IMG/VR virus record: IMGVR_UViG_3300044852_000015 | Span: 64,001 to 128,000 of that record | Origin: a virus | Lineage: Duplodnaviria > Caudoviricetes | Length of the DNA: 64,000 nt | Direction: 5' to 3' (one strand) | Shown here: positions 46,006 to 56,363 of the stretch, piece after piece | Numbering within the stretch: the first letter of the stretch is position 1 | How the letters are laid out: each line of letters opens with the position of its first letter | The notes under the pieces: model-generated | Told to the model about the DNA's origin: nothing | Databases searched by the model: none | The model's input: the letters and a program-made list of their open reading frames with translations, nothing else | Made by a program: the position numbers and the translations under genes

Positions 46006-46059
46006 TGCATACTCTCTTTCTTAAGGGACGGGGCTCCACGATGAGCCCCTAGGGGGATT

Positions 46060-46368
46060 TCAGTTACGGTAGCCAGGTGGCACACCGAGACGGTTCATAC
46101 GAATCCAGCGGTTGATGAAAGCCCGCTGTATCCAACCACACGCATAGTTCACCACCAACACTGGGATCAGCGCCATAGCACCGAAGTAACCAGCGAGGAA
46201 GATGAACAGTGCAGTACCGAGGGTGAACTTAACGCGATGAGGACAAGTCTTTAACAAGAATGTCGCACTGCGCTCATCGTTCTTACGCTCGAAGCGATAG
46301 ATGCCGCGAGTAACGCTCAGGAAGCCAATGCCAAACCACAGGTAGACAATTACGATAAAGGCGGTCAT
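46060..46368 (-). CDS. membrane protein
   Basis: start moved to MTAFIVI; 2-3 TM segments. Confidence 0.7.
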   Translation of the reverse strand: MTAFIVIVYLWFGIGFLSVTRGIYRFERKNDERSATFLLKTCPHRVKFTLGTALFIFLAGYFGAMALIPVLVVNYACGWIQRAFINRWIRMNRLGVPPGYRN

Positions 46369-46369
46369 A

Positions 46370-46636
46370 TCACAGAGCCCCTTTGTAGATAGCGTCCAGT
46401 ACAGGCCACAGGTTCTGGTCAACCTTGAACTCAACGGCTTGAGCTACCGTAGGGCGCATCTTCTTCAGAGCGGTAGTCAGACCACCCAGACCGCGCAGCA
46501 GTTCAGCAGTCAACTCGCGAGTAGCGAAGTACTCATTGAATGGAATGCCTTCGATGTGGATAACATCGTTGACGATGGTGTGGTTTACAGTAACGGTGTT
46601 CAGGGATTCGGTGTGGATCGAGGTATTGAAGTTCAT
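46370..46636 (-). CDS. hypothetical early protein
   Basis: 88 aa with GAAGGA RBS. Confidence 0.75.
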   Translation of the reverse strand: MNFNTSIHTESLNTVTVNHTIVNDVIHIEGIPFNEYFATRELTAELLRGLGGLTTALKKMRPTVAQAVEFKVDQNLWPVLDAIYKGAL

Positions 46637-46679
46637 GGTGTAATTCCTTCTAAGGATTTAGGATTAGGGTACAGCGGTC

Positions 46680-46841
46680 TTACTTCAACAGCGCCATTGC
46701 GTCAGCCAGTTTCTGGTCAGCGCTACGGTTGTCTTTCTCCTGAGCCTTTAACTGCTCTTCGGATTGCTTCAGGGCTTCACGACCTTTTGCCAAGTGTTGA
46801 GCGAGGTTAGGGTTGTGGACGCCATATTGAACATTGTTCAT
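46680..46841 (-). CDS. small helical early protein, 53 aa (MNNVQYGVHNPNLAQHLAKGREALKQSEEQLKAQEKDNRSADQKLADAMALLK), not in the ORF track
   Basis: GGAG RBS, first ORF after the early promoter. Confidence 0.7.
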   Translation of the reverse strand: MNNVQYGVHNPNLAQHLAKGREALKQSEEQLKAQEKDNRSADQKLADAMALLK

Positions 46842-46871
46842 TGTGAGTACTCCAGAGTTAATTCTAGTTTA

Positions 46872-46898
46872 TTCACTTAAGTAATATATACTTGAGAT
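46872..46898 (-). promoter_or_regulatory. phiKZ-type early promoter
   Basis: AAAAAAATCTCAAGTATATATTACTTAAGTGAA. Confidence 0.85.
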
Positions 46899-46919
46899 TT
46901 TTTTAATTCAGATTACACG

Positions 46920-46954
46920 GGGCATAAAAGCCCACCCCGAAGAGTGGGCTTTTA
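46920..46954 (-). terminator. terminator + TTTTATGCC
   Basis: aaaagcccac/gtgggctttt stem. Confidence 0.8.
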
Positions 46955-46984
46955 TTAGATTGACTTAAAGTCAGTCGTCAAGAA

Positions 46985-48292
46985 TTACTTCTTGGCGTCT
47001 TTCTTGTCGTCTTTCTTTTTGTCGTCGGTACCTTTGCTCGACAGTGCGCGCTCGACCAGGGTCAGGGCAGCACGGACGGCGCTGAAACCAGCGTTGTTCA
47101 CTTGCAGGAGCGGACGGGTCAGGTCTTTGGTAGCTTTACGCATACCGCTGTTGACCTTGGCCTGGCTCCAGGCTTTACCCAGCTTGCCAGTTTCGGCAGC
47201 TTTCACGAAGGTCTCGGTTTGAGCCAGAGCCTTGTCGCGAGCGCTTTCCAGTTTGGTCAGGTACTGACCTTTGGCGATCAGGGTAGCGACGATGCGGTCG
47301 CAGTAGTCCAGCATCTCTTTCAGAGGTACGGAACCACCAACGTCGGCTTCAACGCCTTCGTTGACGCTGTGCTTCTTGCGACCCAGGGTCACGGTGCGGT
47401 TGGTTTTGTCTTCGCCGGCAGGACCTTGTTCCTGAGAACCGGTGAAGTAGTAACCGCCCAGGGCTTCCTTGGTGCGTGCAGTCAGCTTGGCCGCAACAAC
47501 AGCGAACTCGCCGTCAGCTTTCTCGATCTCGGCGTTGATGGCCGATTCTTCCAGAGCGTTCTGGGTTTTCGGGTCGGTCAGGAGAGCGCCCCAGTGCTGG
47601 TAGTACTTCTCAGCACCGTTGACCATTTCGCTCCAGGAGTCTTCGATCATCGGCAGCAGCAGGCTGAAGCCTTTGTTGATCGAAGCCAGGTCGGACTTGC
47701 CCTGATAGTTCAGGATGTCCGGCGAAGGAACTTTGACCTTGCCGCCTTTGATGTCGTGACCTTCCGACTTCAGCTTGGACTGAAGAGCGTCAACGCGCGA
47801 CTTCAGTTTCTTGGCGCCGCCGATCAGCTTGGCGAAGAAGTTCTTGACCGCAGCGATGGCTTTCATCACGGCGTTCTTGATGGCCTGCCAGATTTTCTTG
47901 ACGGTTTCCTTGATGCCTTCCATCGAGATGGTGGTGGCAGCAGCTTGACCGCTCGCGCCGCCGAAGGATTCGAGCGAAGGAGTGATCGAGGAAACAGACA
48001 GACCCAGGCGACGGGTGTAGCCGTTCACGGCGTGTTGCATGAACAGAGCTGCCTGAGGGTTCAGACCGCCGTCTTCCATGCACGCTTCCATCGAGGCGCA
48101 GATGCTTTCCAGGCCTTCGGAAATGTCGCCCAGTTCGGCAACGTCGTCGGAACCTTGTTCGGCTTCGGCGTAGGATTCGGCGGTTTCAGCGATTTCCTGC
48201 TCAACGGTGTCGTCTGGGGAAACAACCAGCTCGGTGTCAAACAGAGCGTCGTCTTCCATTGAGACGAACAGGGCTTTCAAAGAAGTAGACAT
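46985..48292 (-). CDS. internal head (inner body/ejection) protein, phiKZ gp93-like paralogue family
   Basis: start moved to MSTSLK; acidic propeptide with VSME, ASME, PSLE, ISME cleavage motifs followed by the GIKETVKKIWQAIK amphipathic helix. Confidence 0.75.
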   Translation of the reverse strand: MSTSLKALFVSMEDDALFDTELVVSPDDTVEQEIAETAESYAEAEQGSDDVAELGDISEGLESICASMEACMEDGGLNPQAALFMQHAVNGYTRRLGLSVSSITPSLESFGGASGQAAATTISMEGIKETVKKIWQAIKNAVMKAIAAVKNFFAKLIGGAKKLKSRVDALQSKLKSEGHDIKGGKVKVPSPDILNYQGKSDLASINKGFSLLLPMIEDSWSEMVNGAEKYYQHWGALLTDPKTQNALEESAINAEIEKADGEFAVVAAKLTARTKEALGGYYFTGSQEQGPAGEDKTNRTVTLGRKKHSVNEGVEADVGGSVPLKEMLDYCDRIVATLIAKGQYLTKLESARDKALAQTETFVKAAETGKLGKAWSQAKVNSGMRKATKDLTRPLLQVNNAGFSAVRAALTLVERALSSKGTDDKKKDDKKDAKK

Positions 48293-48368
48293 CAGGAGAA
48301 CTCCATAAACAATTGTTTGATGCAATGATTGCACATGTGCATAACATACACACAGTCAGGGGTAAAGC

Positions 48369-48938
48369 TTACACGAACTTACCGGCGAGCGCTCTGACGT
48401 CAATGGTGGCGTCAGCTTTGGACCGTTTATCGCGCACTTCACCAAACATAATGTAAAGCGAAACTACGAGATCATTCAGCCCACCAGGACGGGAAACCCA
48501 AGTCGACACCACGGAACTGTCGGACGAGCCAACCGCTTGCAGGAAGTCTTGGATGTCTTTGCTCGAGCCGCGATCACGATAATCGTTGTTCGGAGAGTGG
48601 TTCTCCAGAAGCAGCGCTAACCAGTTCTGGACAGATACCCGGCGCCGACCCGTTTGGATAAAGCGCAGTGTGTCGATCAGAAACTCATAGTTATATCCGT
48701 ACAAAAACGGATTGTTCTTTTGAGTGTTGATAAACAACGGGAAATTGTTGAAGCAGTTCATTGCCACCATGAGCACACGCTTCTGGTAAGCCCAACCGTT
48801 GTGGTTGACCTGACGCTGCATCATCTGGTCGTAGAGAGCGGTGATGTCACCGCTACCCGTTACACGAATGATGTCGCTGCGCGCTGAAGGAGCAATGAAT
48901 CCACGGGGATACAGATCACCGAAGACTCGATTAATCAT
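48369..48938 (-). CDS. conserved phiKZ-like protein (gp91-like)
   Basis: 189 aa; synteny. Confidence 0.55.
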   Translation of the reverse strand: MINRVFGDLYPRGFIAPSARSDIIRVTGSGDITALYDQMMQRQVNHNGWAYQKRVLMVAMNCFNNFPLFINTQKNNPFLYGYNYEFLIDTLRFIQTGRRRVSVQNWLALLLENHSPNNDYRDRGSSKDIQDFLQAVGSSDSSVVSTWVSRPGGLNDLVVSLYIMFGEVRDKRSKADATIDVRALAGKFV

Positions 48939-49827
48939 TGTAACCCTCCTCCATCTCCGCGATACGCTTGTTCAGCTTCTGCACTCGACCCTCGGTGTAA
49001 GCGATCTCCTGCTCCAGCTTAGCGTCAGGCTCGCCACCGTCCTTCAAAGCCAACAGACGGTATTCCAGAGCCCGCTTCTCTTCGATAGCGGCCTTGTAGC
49101 GGTTTACCTGCCATTCAGCGATCGACATACGGATGTAGTAGATCGGGTTCAGGCGCACCGGGATGATGCCGAAGTGGAACGGGTCGGTCTTGGTAGCCCC
49201 AACAGTCGCTTCCACCGCAGGGATGTCGTCAGGAGCCACTACCATGTCTGGTACAGCGCTGAACGAGCTTTGCATCTTCTGCGTGTTGATCGACAGGATA
49301 GCCAGGCACTTGGCGTAGTTATCACGGTTGTCCCAGATCCAACGCTCTTCAGCTTTGGACATCGCTTTCGGCAGACGGAACGGCGAGTTGTCGCTGTCCT
49401 GTTCTTCACTGAGGCTCCACAGCAACAGACGACGAGCGTAGCGGCTAGAGAAGCTAGCTACTTCGAGGTACTGGAGAATGTTGGCACGCAGGAAACTGAT
49501 CGAAGACGAACCGACGTCTTTAGCGAAAGCACGGTCAATCATCTTGCCCAGGACTTCGAGTTTCTCTTCCATGGTGTTCAGCACTTGCCAACTTACAGTC
49601 AGGTAGTTGCCGGACGCCTTCTCGATCGTAGCGATCTTCAGGAAGTTCTTATCGTAGTTCAGGGCCTGTTTGCTTTTCAGCTTACCGACACGGTAGAACT
49701 CCGACGCTTCACGCAGTGGTGGCAGCGTGATCTCTTTGATCTCGTTACGCACAACACCGAGTTCCTCAGTCAAACGACCTTTCTCGAAAGTCGGCAACAT
49801 GAGGGAGATGAATTTTTGCAACTTCAT
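48931..49827 (-). CDS. virion head protein (gp90-like)
   Basis: 298 aa; NPIYYIRM.IAEWQV.RY then coiled-coil end; synteny. Confidence 0.6.
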   Translation of the reverse strand: MKLQKFISLMLPTFEKGRLTEELGVVRNEIKEITLPPLREASEFYRVGKLKSKQALNYDKNFLKIATIEKASGNYLTVSWQVLNTMEEKLEVLGKMIDRAFAKDVGSSSISFLRANILQYLEVASFSSRYARRLLLWSLSEEQDSDNSPFRLPKAMSKAEERWIWDNRDNYAKCLAILSINTQKMQSSFSAVPDMVVAPDDIPAVEATVGATKTDPFHFGIIPVRLNPIYYIRMSIAEWQVNRYKAAIEEKRALEYRLLALKDGGEPDAKLEQEIAYTEGRVQKLNKRIAEMEEGYND

Positions 49828-49842
49828 AGCGCACCCCTGGGG

Positions 49843-51021
49843 TTAGATAGACGGGCTGTTGCCCAGTTGGTAGGCCTTGAGGATCTCGGCGACGTCTGGA
49901 CCTTTGCCTTTGTTAGACACGGCCAGTTCTTTCACGCTGAGTTCGGTAGGGATGGCCAGACTGCGGTGATAGAACGTGACGACTTCCCAATCTGGGTCGA
50001 CCACGGCCAGGATCATGCAGTAGGTTTCTTTGAAGATCTTCTCGCGGGTGCGGAAGTCCTTCAAACGCCCACCAACGGTGCGTTCCAGTTCTTTGGCGCT
50101 GGAGGCCGACATCACGATCAGGTTCGACGCGGTGGCTACAGAAGGCTGACCCGAGAAGATGGCAGAGACGCTGTTGCCTGAACGGCGCTTACGGATTTCT
50201 TCGTACAGACCGGTTGGGTCTTTGGCCAGGGTCTTCTTGTGGGAGTCGATCAGATCTTGACACAGCAACAGGTCACGAACGAATTCGAGCTGACCAGCAC
50301 GCCATGCGTGGAAGCGTTCTTTGACAGAGATGTTCTTGCTGCCAACGCTTAAGATATGAACCAGCTCCTTAGAGCCAATGCCGCTACAGATGAGGCGGAC
50401 GTTGATTGGGAAGGTTGCACGGCTGCCCTCGGACTCGATTTGAACCTCGAGCATTTTACCGACGGAGAGGTTAGTCAACTCACCCAACATCTTGACGGTA
50501 TCACGACCCGGTGACATGCCAATGCCTGCACCGAATGGGGCTTCCTTGTTCTCGTCATCGACGCCATTTGCAGCGCGGACATAATCGAGGGCGCTAGCAC
50601 TTTCTAGGCTAGCGTTAAGGGAACCGAGTCCATCTGGACGACCAGGTACTGGCAGACGGAAACGATAGGCTTCTACCGACTCCATGCTTACAACTGTGGC
50701 CACGCCGTTGCTGACGCCGTTCACAACGTTATCAGCAACGTTGCGTTTAGGGTTGAGCTTGTCCAACAGCTTAACCACGTCCACACGACCAACGTTCACC
50801 GACAGGGCGACCGCTTGCAGGTAGTAACCACTGAACAGCGAAGTCAGAGATTGCATCAGGTCACCGGCATACGGCAGACTGGTACATTTCTCGTCCATCA
50901 GAACAATGGGTTCGACACGAGTCGGTTGGGTGTACTCGATCAACGAGCCGGACTTAGCAGCCCGAATCGTATCCGTCAGTTTGCTGGCCATATTAAGGCC
51001 AGTCACAATGTCATTCATCAT
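49843..51021 (-). CDS. major inner-body-type head protein (gp89-like)
   Basis: 392 aa; SLIEYT..TRVEP, NLSVGKML.V, VSME/ASLE cleavage motifs; synteny. Confidence 0.65.
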   Translation of the reverse strand: MMNDIVTGLNMASKLTDTIRAAKSGSLIEYTQPTRVEPIVLMDEKCTSLPYAGDLMQSLTSLFSGYYLQAVALSVNVGRVDVVKLLDKLNPKRNVADNVVNGVSNGVATVVSMESVEAYRFRLPVPGRPDGLGSLNASLESASALDYVRAANGVDDENKEAPFGAGIGMSPGRDTVKMLGELTNLSVGKMLEVQIESEGSRATFPINVRLICSGIGSKELVHILSVGSKNISVKERFHAWRAGQLEFVRDLLLCQDLIDSHKKTLAKDPTGLYEEIRKRRSGNSVSAIFSGQPSVATASNLIVMSASSAKELERTVGGRLKDFRTREKIFKETYCMILAVVDPDWEVVTFYHRSLAIPTELSVKELAVSNKGKGPDVAEILKAYQLGNSPSI

Positions 51022-51047
51022 TTCTGATAATCCCTCGAAGGTGACTT

Positions 51048-52169
51048 ATGGCTAAAACTATCAAAGACGTGTTAAGCGTCATTCAAAAATCAGGTGGGTT
51101 CGGCGCACTGGACCAAGCTGCAATCAACAACATGAAGGGCATCAACCACCGAGGTTACGGAAGTCCGTTACCGGGCAACAAAGATAACTACGGCCTGACG
51201 TTCTTTACACGCCCTAACCTGAACTTGTCATACGATAATATCGCAAGCCGCCGTATTCTCACGCCGTTGCTCGACGGTGATGGCTTAGCCTCCAACACTT
51301 ATCAGCGAGCAATTCGCATGACACTTGATCCGTATCTCGGAGACCCGGCGATGTACAAAACCGGCGACCCCAATCGGGCACTCAAGATGTTGACGACTGA
51401 CCTGATTGATCAGAAGAATGCGTTCATCCCACTGTTGACGAACAACCTACTTTCGATCAGTGGTTGGCCAGACTTGCAGGTTGAAACATTCACCTCCACT
51501 CCGGGCAACTACCAAGAGTCATGGAGCATGGTTGACAGTGCTTCACGCTTCTTCGAGACGTATGAACTTCAAGCCAACTTCAGAAACATTGAAGGTGACC
51601 CGATCTCTGCGATGTTCTCTACTTGGTTACACTATATGTCAGGGGTTTACGAGGGATCTATGGTTCCTTACCCAAACAATCTGGCTGAGCGTCGCATTGA
51701 TTACCAGACCCGGATCTACCGGCTCGTACTCGATCCATCCCGACGTTACGTTCAAAAGATTGCGGCGTGTGGTGCAGCCTTCCCCGTGAACTCACCGTTG
51801 GGTAACTCGTTCAACTATTCGATGGAAGGACTCCCGTACAACGGCGACAATGATCAGATCTCGATTCGCTTTAAAGCGATGGGTGCCGACTACTTGGACC
51901 CGATCACCATTCAAGAGTTCAATGCTGTGGTTCAGATCTTCAACCCCCAGATGAAAGGGGATGACTCTGACCGTCGTCGTTCGTATCGCAAGGCCGAGTA
52001 TGAAGAACTCAAAGCCTACAACTATCAAGGCTACCCACGCATCGACCCTGAGTCACACGAACTCGAGTGGTGGATTGATAAAGGCCAAAGCGATAAGACG
52101 GCTGCCGGAGTGAAGAGCGCTATCTCGGGCATCGACTATTCACAAATGACCAATTTACTGAAAGGTTAA
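51048..52169 (+). CDS. virion structural protein (gp88-like; possibly baseplate/tube initiator)
   Basis: 373 aa; GLTFFTRP.LNL, IDYQTRIYRLVLD; divergent from the gp89-like gene. Confidence 0.6.
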   Translation: MAKTIKDVLSVIQKSGGFGALDQAAINNMKGINHRGYGSPLPGNKDNYGLTFFTRPNLNLSYDNIASRRILTPLLDGDGLASNTYQRAIRMTLDPYLGDPAMYKTGDPNRALKMLTTDLIDQKNAFIPLLTNNLLSISGWPDLQVETFTSTPGNYQESWSMVDSASRFFETYELQANFRNIEGDPISAMFSTWLHYMSGVYEGSMVPYPNNLAERRIDYQTRIYRLVLDPSRRYVQKIAACGAAFPVNSPLGNSFNYSMEGLPYNGDNDQISIRFKAMGADYLDPITIQEFNAVVQIFNPQMKGDDSDRRRSYRKAEYEELKAYNYQGYPRIDPESHELEWWIDKGQSDKTAAGVKSAISGIDYSQMTNLLKG

Positions 52170-52172
52170 CCA

Positions 52173-55088
52173 ATGGCCACCTCAGTTTCAGACTTGATGG
52201 CGCAGATTGACGCCGTCCGCTTCAACCCTTCGGCTATTCATCAGCTCTCGCTGAAGTTGCTGGAGGAAGTCCGTAATGGAGAACGTGTGGTTGTTGACCC
52301 GACTAACCCGTTCATGTTCCTACTCGAAACCAGTGCTGTGAACGTGGCGGCTGCGATGGCTGCTAACGAAGCCAACACCCGGAAACAATACGGTGTGATG
52401 GCGCTGACTGAAGACGAGATCTATCACCACATGTCCGATAAGGACTACCTCGATCGGTTTGCTAAACCGTCTCGTACCACTATTACGATTCTGGTGAGTC
52501 GTGAAGAGATTATGGCCCGTGCTGTAGCGACTGGTCAGGGTGGGATGCGTAAGCTGGTGATCCCTCGACACAGTGAGTTTACTGTAGCGGGTTATCAGTT
52601 CACGATGCAGTACCCGATTGAAATGCGGGTGATGGCCAACGGTGGCTTGCAGATCATCCATGACGTCTCGCGTCAGTCTCCTTTAATGAGCCTGTCGTCT
52701 AACGTGGTGGATTACTCGTTGGCGAACATCGACGGTGTGATCTACCTGATGATTAAGGCTCCGGTCTTGCAGATGAAGATCGACGTCAAGTACCCGAAGA
52801 TGACTTCGGCTGCGGTGTTCGACACTCGATACGACTTCAACAACAAGTATCACTTTGCACGGGTTTACCAAGCGAGTGCTACCGGTGAATGGGTGGAGAT
52901 GCGTACCACTCACTCGGACCAAGTCTTCGACCCTCTCACACCCACTGCGGTGCTGCGTGTGTACGATGGCAAGCTACGGGTGAGCATTCCGCTGATCTAC
53001 CAGTCAGCAGGCTTGGTGGACTCTGAGCTGCGTGTGGAGATCTATTCCACCGTGGGACCACTGAACCTGATCCTGAACAACTACGAACCCGGTGCGTATA
53101 CCGCCCGTTGGGTGGACTACGATGCTGACGATGCAGGTATCTATTCGTCTCCTCTGGCGCAGTTGAATGCGATCTCTGTGTTCTCTGACTCCGTCGTAGC
53201 CGGTGGTGAAGACGCTCTGTCCTTTGACGCTCTGCGGGAACGAGTCCTGATGAACAGCTTGGGGGCTCAACAGCTTCCAATCACCAATGCTCAAGCGACG
53301 TCGAAGTTGGCGAACTTGGGTTACAACCTGACTGTCAACTTGGACACCGTGACTAACCGTCAGTTCTTGGCGACACGCATCCTCCCACCGCCGACTGACA
53401 AGTCTGTGATCTCGGGTGTGGCCTCAACGGTTGCTACTTATCAGGCCTCGTTTGACAGCCTCAAGCAGCACCCTGACATCCGCGACAACGGACAGCGCCT
53501 GACGATCACCCCTAAGGTACTCTTCGAGGGTAACAACGGCTTATACAGCGTCGTACCGAAGCCTACGGTCGATTCGTTGCTAGCGCTGCGTGGTAGTGAT
53601 GCATTTATCTCCACGGTTGAAGAATCGAAGTATCTGGCGTCGCCGTTCTACTACGTGTGGGACATCTCGGACGACTTGTTCGATTGTCGGATGTATCACC
53701 TCGACTCTCCAGAGATCGACTCCAAAGTGTTTGTTCAAGAGAACGACACGACGGGTTTGGTGGTAGCAACGGCGATGCAGGGGTTGGAGAAAACTGATGC
53801 CGGCTACCGTCTGGTGATCAAGACCAAGTCCAGCGTCGAATGGAAAGCTCTGCGGGATGATCAAGTCTTCGTACAGTTGGCCTTCCAAGCACACGGTGAG
53901 AGCACTCGAGCGTATCTGAACGGTACGTTGATCGGTCGTGACGTAGACACTCAGGAACGGATCTATGAGTTCTTGATCCACACCAACTACGACGTTAGCT
54001 CGACTGACGGTCTGACCATCACCAACTTCAACATCTTCGGTATCGACCAGAACTGTCCGATTGATCTGGGGGCTACCTTCGATTTGATCTACTGCGTGAC
54101 GGACTACTACTACTTGGACATGAAGAGTTCGGACATCGACAACATTGCAGGTTCTGCGCTGTTGCCCGATGGTTACGTGGGCCTGATTCATGAGCAGTTG
54201 AACATTCATTTGGGACACACACTGTCGACCTTCTGGATGAACAACCGTTCCGTAGTGGGGACTGCCGACTATCTGGTTCACCCGGTGGACGTTTACGCTA
54301 CCTACGAACAGAACGTCTACGAACGCGATCCAATCACCAACACCATTAAGGTGACGATGGTTGATGGCGCTGCGGTCTTCAACATCCTACATAACGCCGG
54401 GGACTTCATTCTGGACGTGAATGGGGAGAAGACCTACAAGCACCGCAGTGGTGAAGTTGTGTTGGATAACAACGGCAAACCTGTGATTGCAAACCCTCGT
54501 GGGATGCTGCGGCAAACTGATCTGTTCTTGATGGACGGGCTGTACTACTTTGCTACTGATCCAACGGCGAAGGCTTACGCGGCTTCGGTACCGAACACGA
54601 TCGTGGATTGGATGGAGAAAGACATTACTCCGATCGCTGAAGGTCTGCTCGAACAGTCTGAGTTGTTCTTCCACCCACAGATCACTTCCGGTAACACGGA
54701 TGCCTTGGTGTTGGAAGGGTTCGAGATCGAGATTGAAACTGAACAAGCCCTGACTGTGAAGTACTACATGACGGATGCTGGTTACAAGAACGCTGAACTG
54801 CGCACCAGCCTGACTAAGACTGCTATCGAAGTGATCAACAATTCCTTCGGGTCCAGTTCGGTCGTGGTTAAAGACATGGCGAGTAAGATCCAGTCTGCGG
54901 CTGGTGATGATGTTATCACCGTGGCGGTACAGGGTCTGGGTGGTGGTGTTCCGGGTTACGACATTGTTACCCTCACGAATCAATCTGCTCGACTGGGTAT
55001 CAAGAAGAAACTCTTGAATCTGGCGGACGGATCGTACACTGTGGTGGATGACGTTGAAGTACTGTTCCTGAAGCACCGCGAAAGCTGA
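52173..55088 (+). CDS. baseplate wedge protein (gp87-like; T4 gp6/baseplate-J-like)
   Basis: 971 aa; DPTNPFMFLLE at the N-terminus and GGEDALSFDALRERV...PIT resembling the baseplate-J GG.D.ES...R motif. Confidence 0.65.
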   Translation: MATSVSDLMAQIDAVRFNPSAIHQLSLKLLEEVRNGERVVVDPTNPFMFLLETSAVNVAAAMAANEANTRKQYGVMALTEDEIYHHMSDKDYLDRFAKPSRTTITILVSREEIMARAVATGQGGMRKLVIPRHSEFTVAGYQFTMQYPIEMRVMANGGLQIIHDVSRQSPLMSLSSNVVDYSLANIDGVIYLMIKAPVLQMKIDVKYPKMTSAAVFDTRYDFNNKYHFARVYQASATGEWVEMRTTHSDQVFDPLTPTAVLRVYDGKLRVSIPLIYQSAGLVDSELRVEIYSTVGPLNLILNNYEPGAYTARWVDYDADDAGIYSSPLAQLNAISVFSDSVVAGGEDALSFDALRERVLMNSLGAQQLPITNAQATSKLANLGYNLTVNLDTVTNRQFLATRILPPPTDKSVISGVASTVATYQASFDSLKQHPDIRDNGQRLTITPKVLFEGNNGLYSVVPKPTVDSLLALRGSDAFISTVEESKYLASPFYYVWDISDDLFDCRMYHLDSPEIDSKVFVQENDTTGLVVATAMQGLEKTDAGYRLVIKTKSSVEWKALRDDQVFVQLAFQAHGESTRAYLNGTLIGRDVDTQERIYEFLIHTNYDVSSTDGLTITNFNIFGIDQNCPIDLGATFDLIYCVTDYYYLDMKSSDIDNIAGSALLPDGYVGLIHEQLNIHLGHTLSTFWMNNRSVVGTADYLVHPVDVYATYEQNVYERDPITNTIKVTMVDGAAVFNILHNAGDFILDVNGEKTYKHRSGEVVLDNNGKPVIANPRGMLRQTDLFLMDGLYYFATDPTAKAYAASVPNTIVDWMEKDITPIAEGLLEQSELFFHPQITSGNTDALVLEGFEIEIETEQALTVKYYMTDAGYKNAELRTSLTKTAIEVINNSFGSSSVVVKDMASKIQSAAGDDVITVAVQGLGGGVPGYDIVTLTNQSARLGIKKKLLNLADGSYTVVDDVEVLFLKHRES

Positions 55089-55089
55089 C

Positions 55090-55129
55090 GGCATAGAGAG
55101 GCTCCCGCAAAGGAGCCTCTCTTTATGCC
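55090..55129. terminator. bidirectional terminator with TATGCC on both sides
   Basis: ggcata-gagaggctcc-cgcaaa-ggagcctctc-tttatgcc between convergent genes. Confidence 0.85.
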
Positions 55130-55130
55130 C

Positions 55131-56363
55131 TTACTTCTTGTTCAGCTCACGCAGTTTGTTCTTGGCGTCAGAGTCGCTAGAACTTACAATCGTTGCAACC
55201 ATCGCCGAATTGGTAGTGCCTGCTGCACGGTTAGCCATTTCAACGATCTTGTTACGCTGAGCAATGATGCGACCAGTCAGACCGTAGAACATCCGCACGA
55301 CGTCCATCATTCGACGCATGGAAGTGATGCACTGGCGCAGAGCGCGGTCTACATCCACACCCACGTTCTTGTTGAAGGTCATCCCGTCCAGACGCTTGAT
55401 TTCCTTTTCCAGCGAAGTCAGACTCGACTCTGGTTTAAGCTTGCCCAGCGGACAGGATTCAACCTTGAAGGCTGCGATGTCTTTAACGGTTTTATCCCCG
55501 TTGAAGCCCGCGTGTGCCGCCTGACCCAACTGACTGGTGATGTGATCGTTGATCTCACGCATGTCGGCTTGGTAGTTCACTGGCGACGAAGTCACCCGAA
55601 GGATCGGAATGAACAGACTACGGATCGCAGGATCGTCATCATGGATTTCGATACTGTTGAGGGTCGTCATGACGCGAGCAGCAGCCATGTGGTCGCCACT
55701 GTTGTCCTTACGACCTTCTTTCTCGATCAGGCCAGCCATCAAGTGCATCTTTTTGATGATGTCCGCGAAGGTCTTTTCTGCACCACCGAGGGTACGAGTG
55801 ATCGCACCGCCAGACATGACGTCACGCAGAATTGGATTCCACATGCCAGCCATTTCAGTGTAGATCGGTTCAACGCGCTCAGACTTACGGTGAGCGAAGT
55901 CTGATTTCATTTCTGAAGTCATCAGGCGCTCGATCTGTTCGTTCTTGCGAACCGTCTCTGACAGAGTAGCACCAGCCTTGATAGCCGAGTCAGTTGCTTT
56001 GTCCCCACCTTTAAAGAGGGAGATCAGCCAAGCGATGATCTTGGCGAACAGTGCCGATGCAGCCAACACCGCAGCACCAATCAGAGCGATAGCGCCAACC
56101 TTCAGCGACTCCATAGCGATCTGGTAATTGGTGTGCGTTGGGTTCTTGGTGAACGAGTTGAACTTCACGTCAGTCGGCAGCAAGTGCATGGCTGGGCGAA
56201 TCATCTTCTGCGAAACACCTTGAGCTGTCTGCATGTCGTTGATAACCATCTCGATGTCGAGAGCTACCGACTCCAACGAGGCAAGCTGCTCTTCTTCATC
56301 AAGCGTGTCTGGGGCCTCGGGGAAGCCCTTAGAAGTATCTCCGAATGTCATGGCGAACTCCAT
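55131..56363 (-). CDS. virion head protein with propeptide and hydrophobic helix (gp86-like)
   Basis: ASLE and IAME sites, followed by VGAIALIGAAVLAASALFAKIIAWLISLF. Confidence 0.6.
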   Translation of the reverse strand: MEFAMTFGDTSKGFPEAPDTLDEEEQLASLESVALDIEMVINDMQTAQGVSQKMIRPAMHLLPTDVKFNSFTKNPTHTNYQIAMESLKVGAIALIGAAVLAASALFAKIIAWLISLFKGGDKATDSAIKAGATLSETVRKNEQIERLMTSEMKSDFAHRKSERVEPIYTEMAGMWNPILRDVMSGGAITRTLGGAEKTFADIIKKMHLMAGLIEKEGRKDNSGDHMAAARVMTTLNSIEIHDDDPAIRSLFIPILRVTSSPVNYQADMREINDHITSQLGQAAHAGFNGDKTVKDIAAFKVESCPLGKLKPESSLTSLEKEIKRLDGMTFNKNVGVDVDRALRQCITSMRRMMDVVRMFYGLTGRIIAQRNKIVEMANRAAGTTNSAMVATIVSSSDSDAKNKLRELNKK

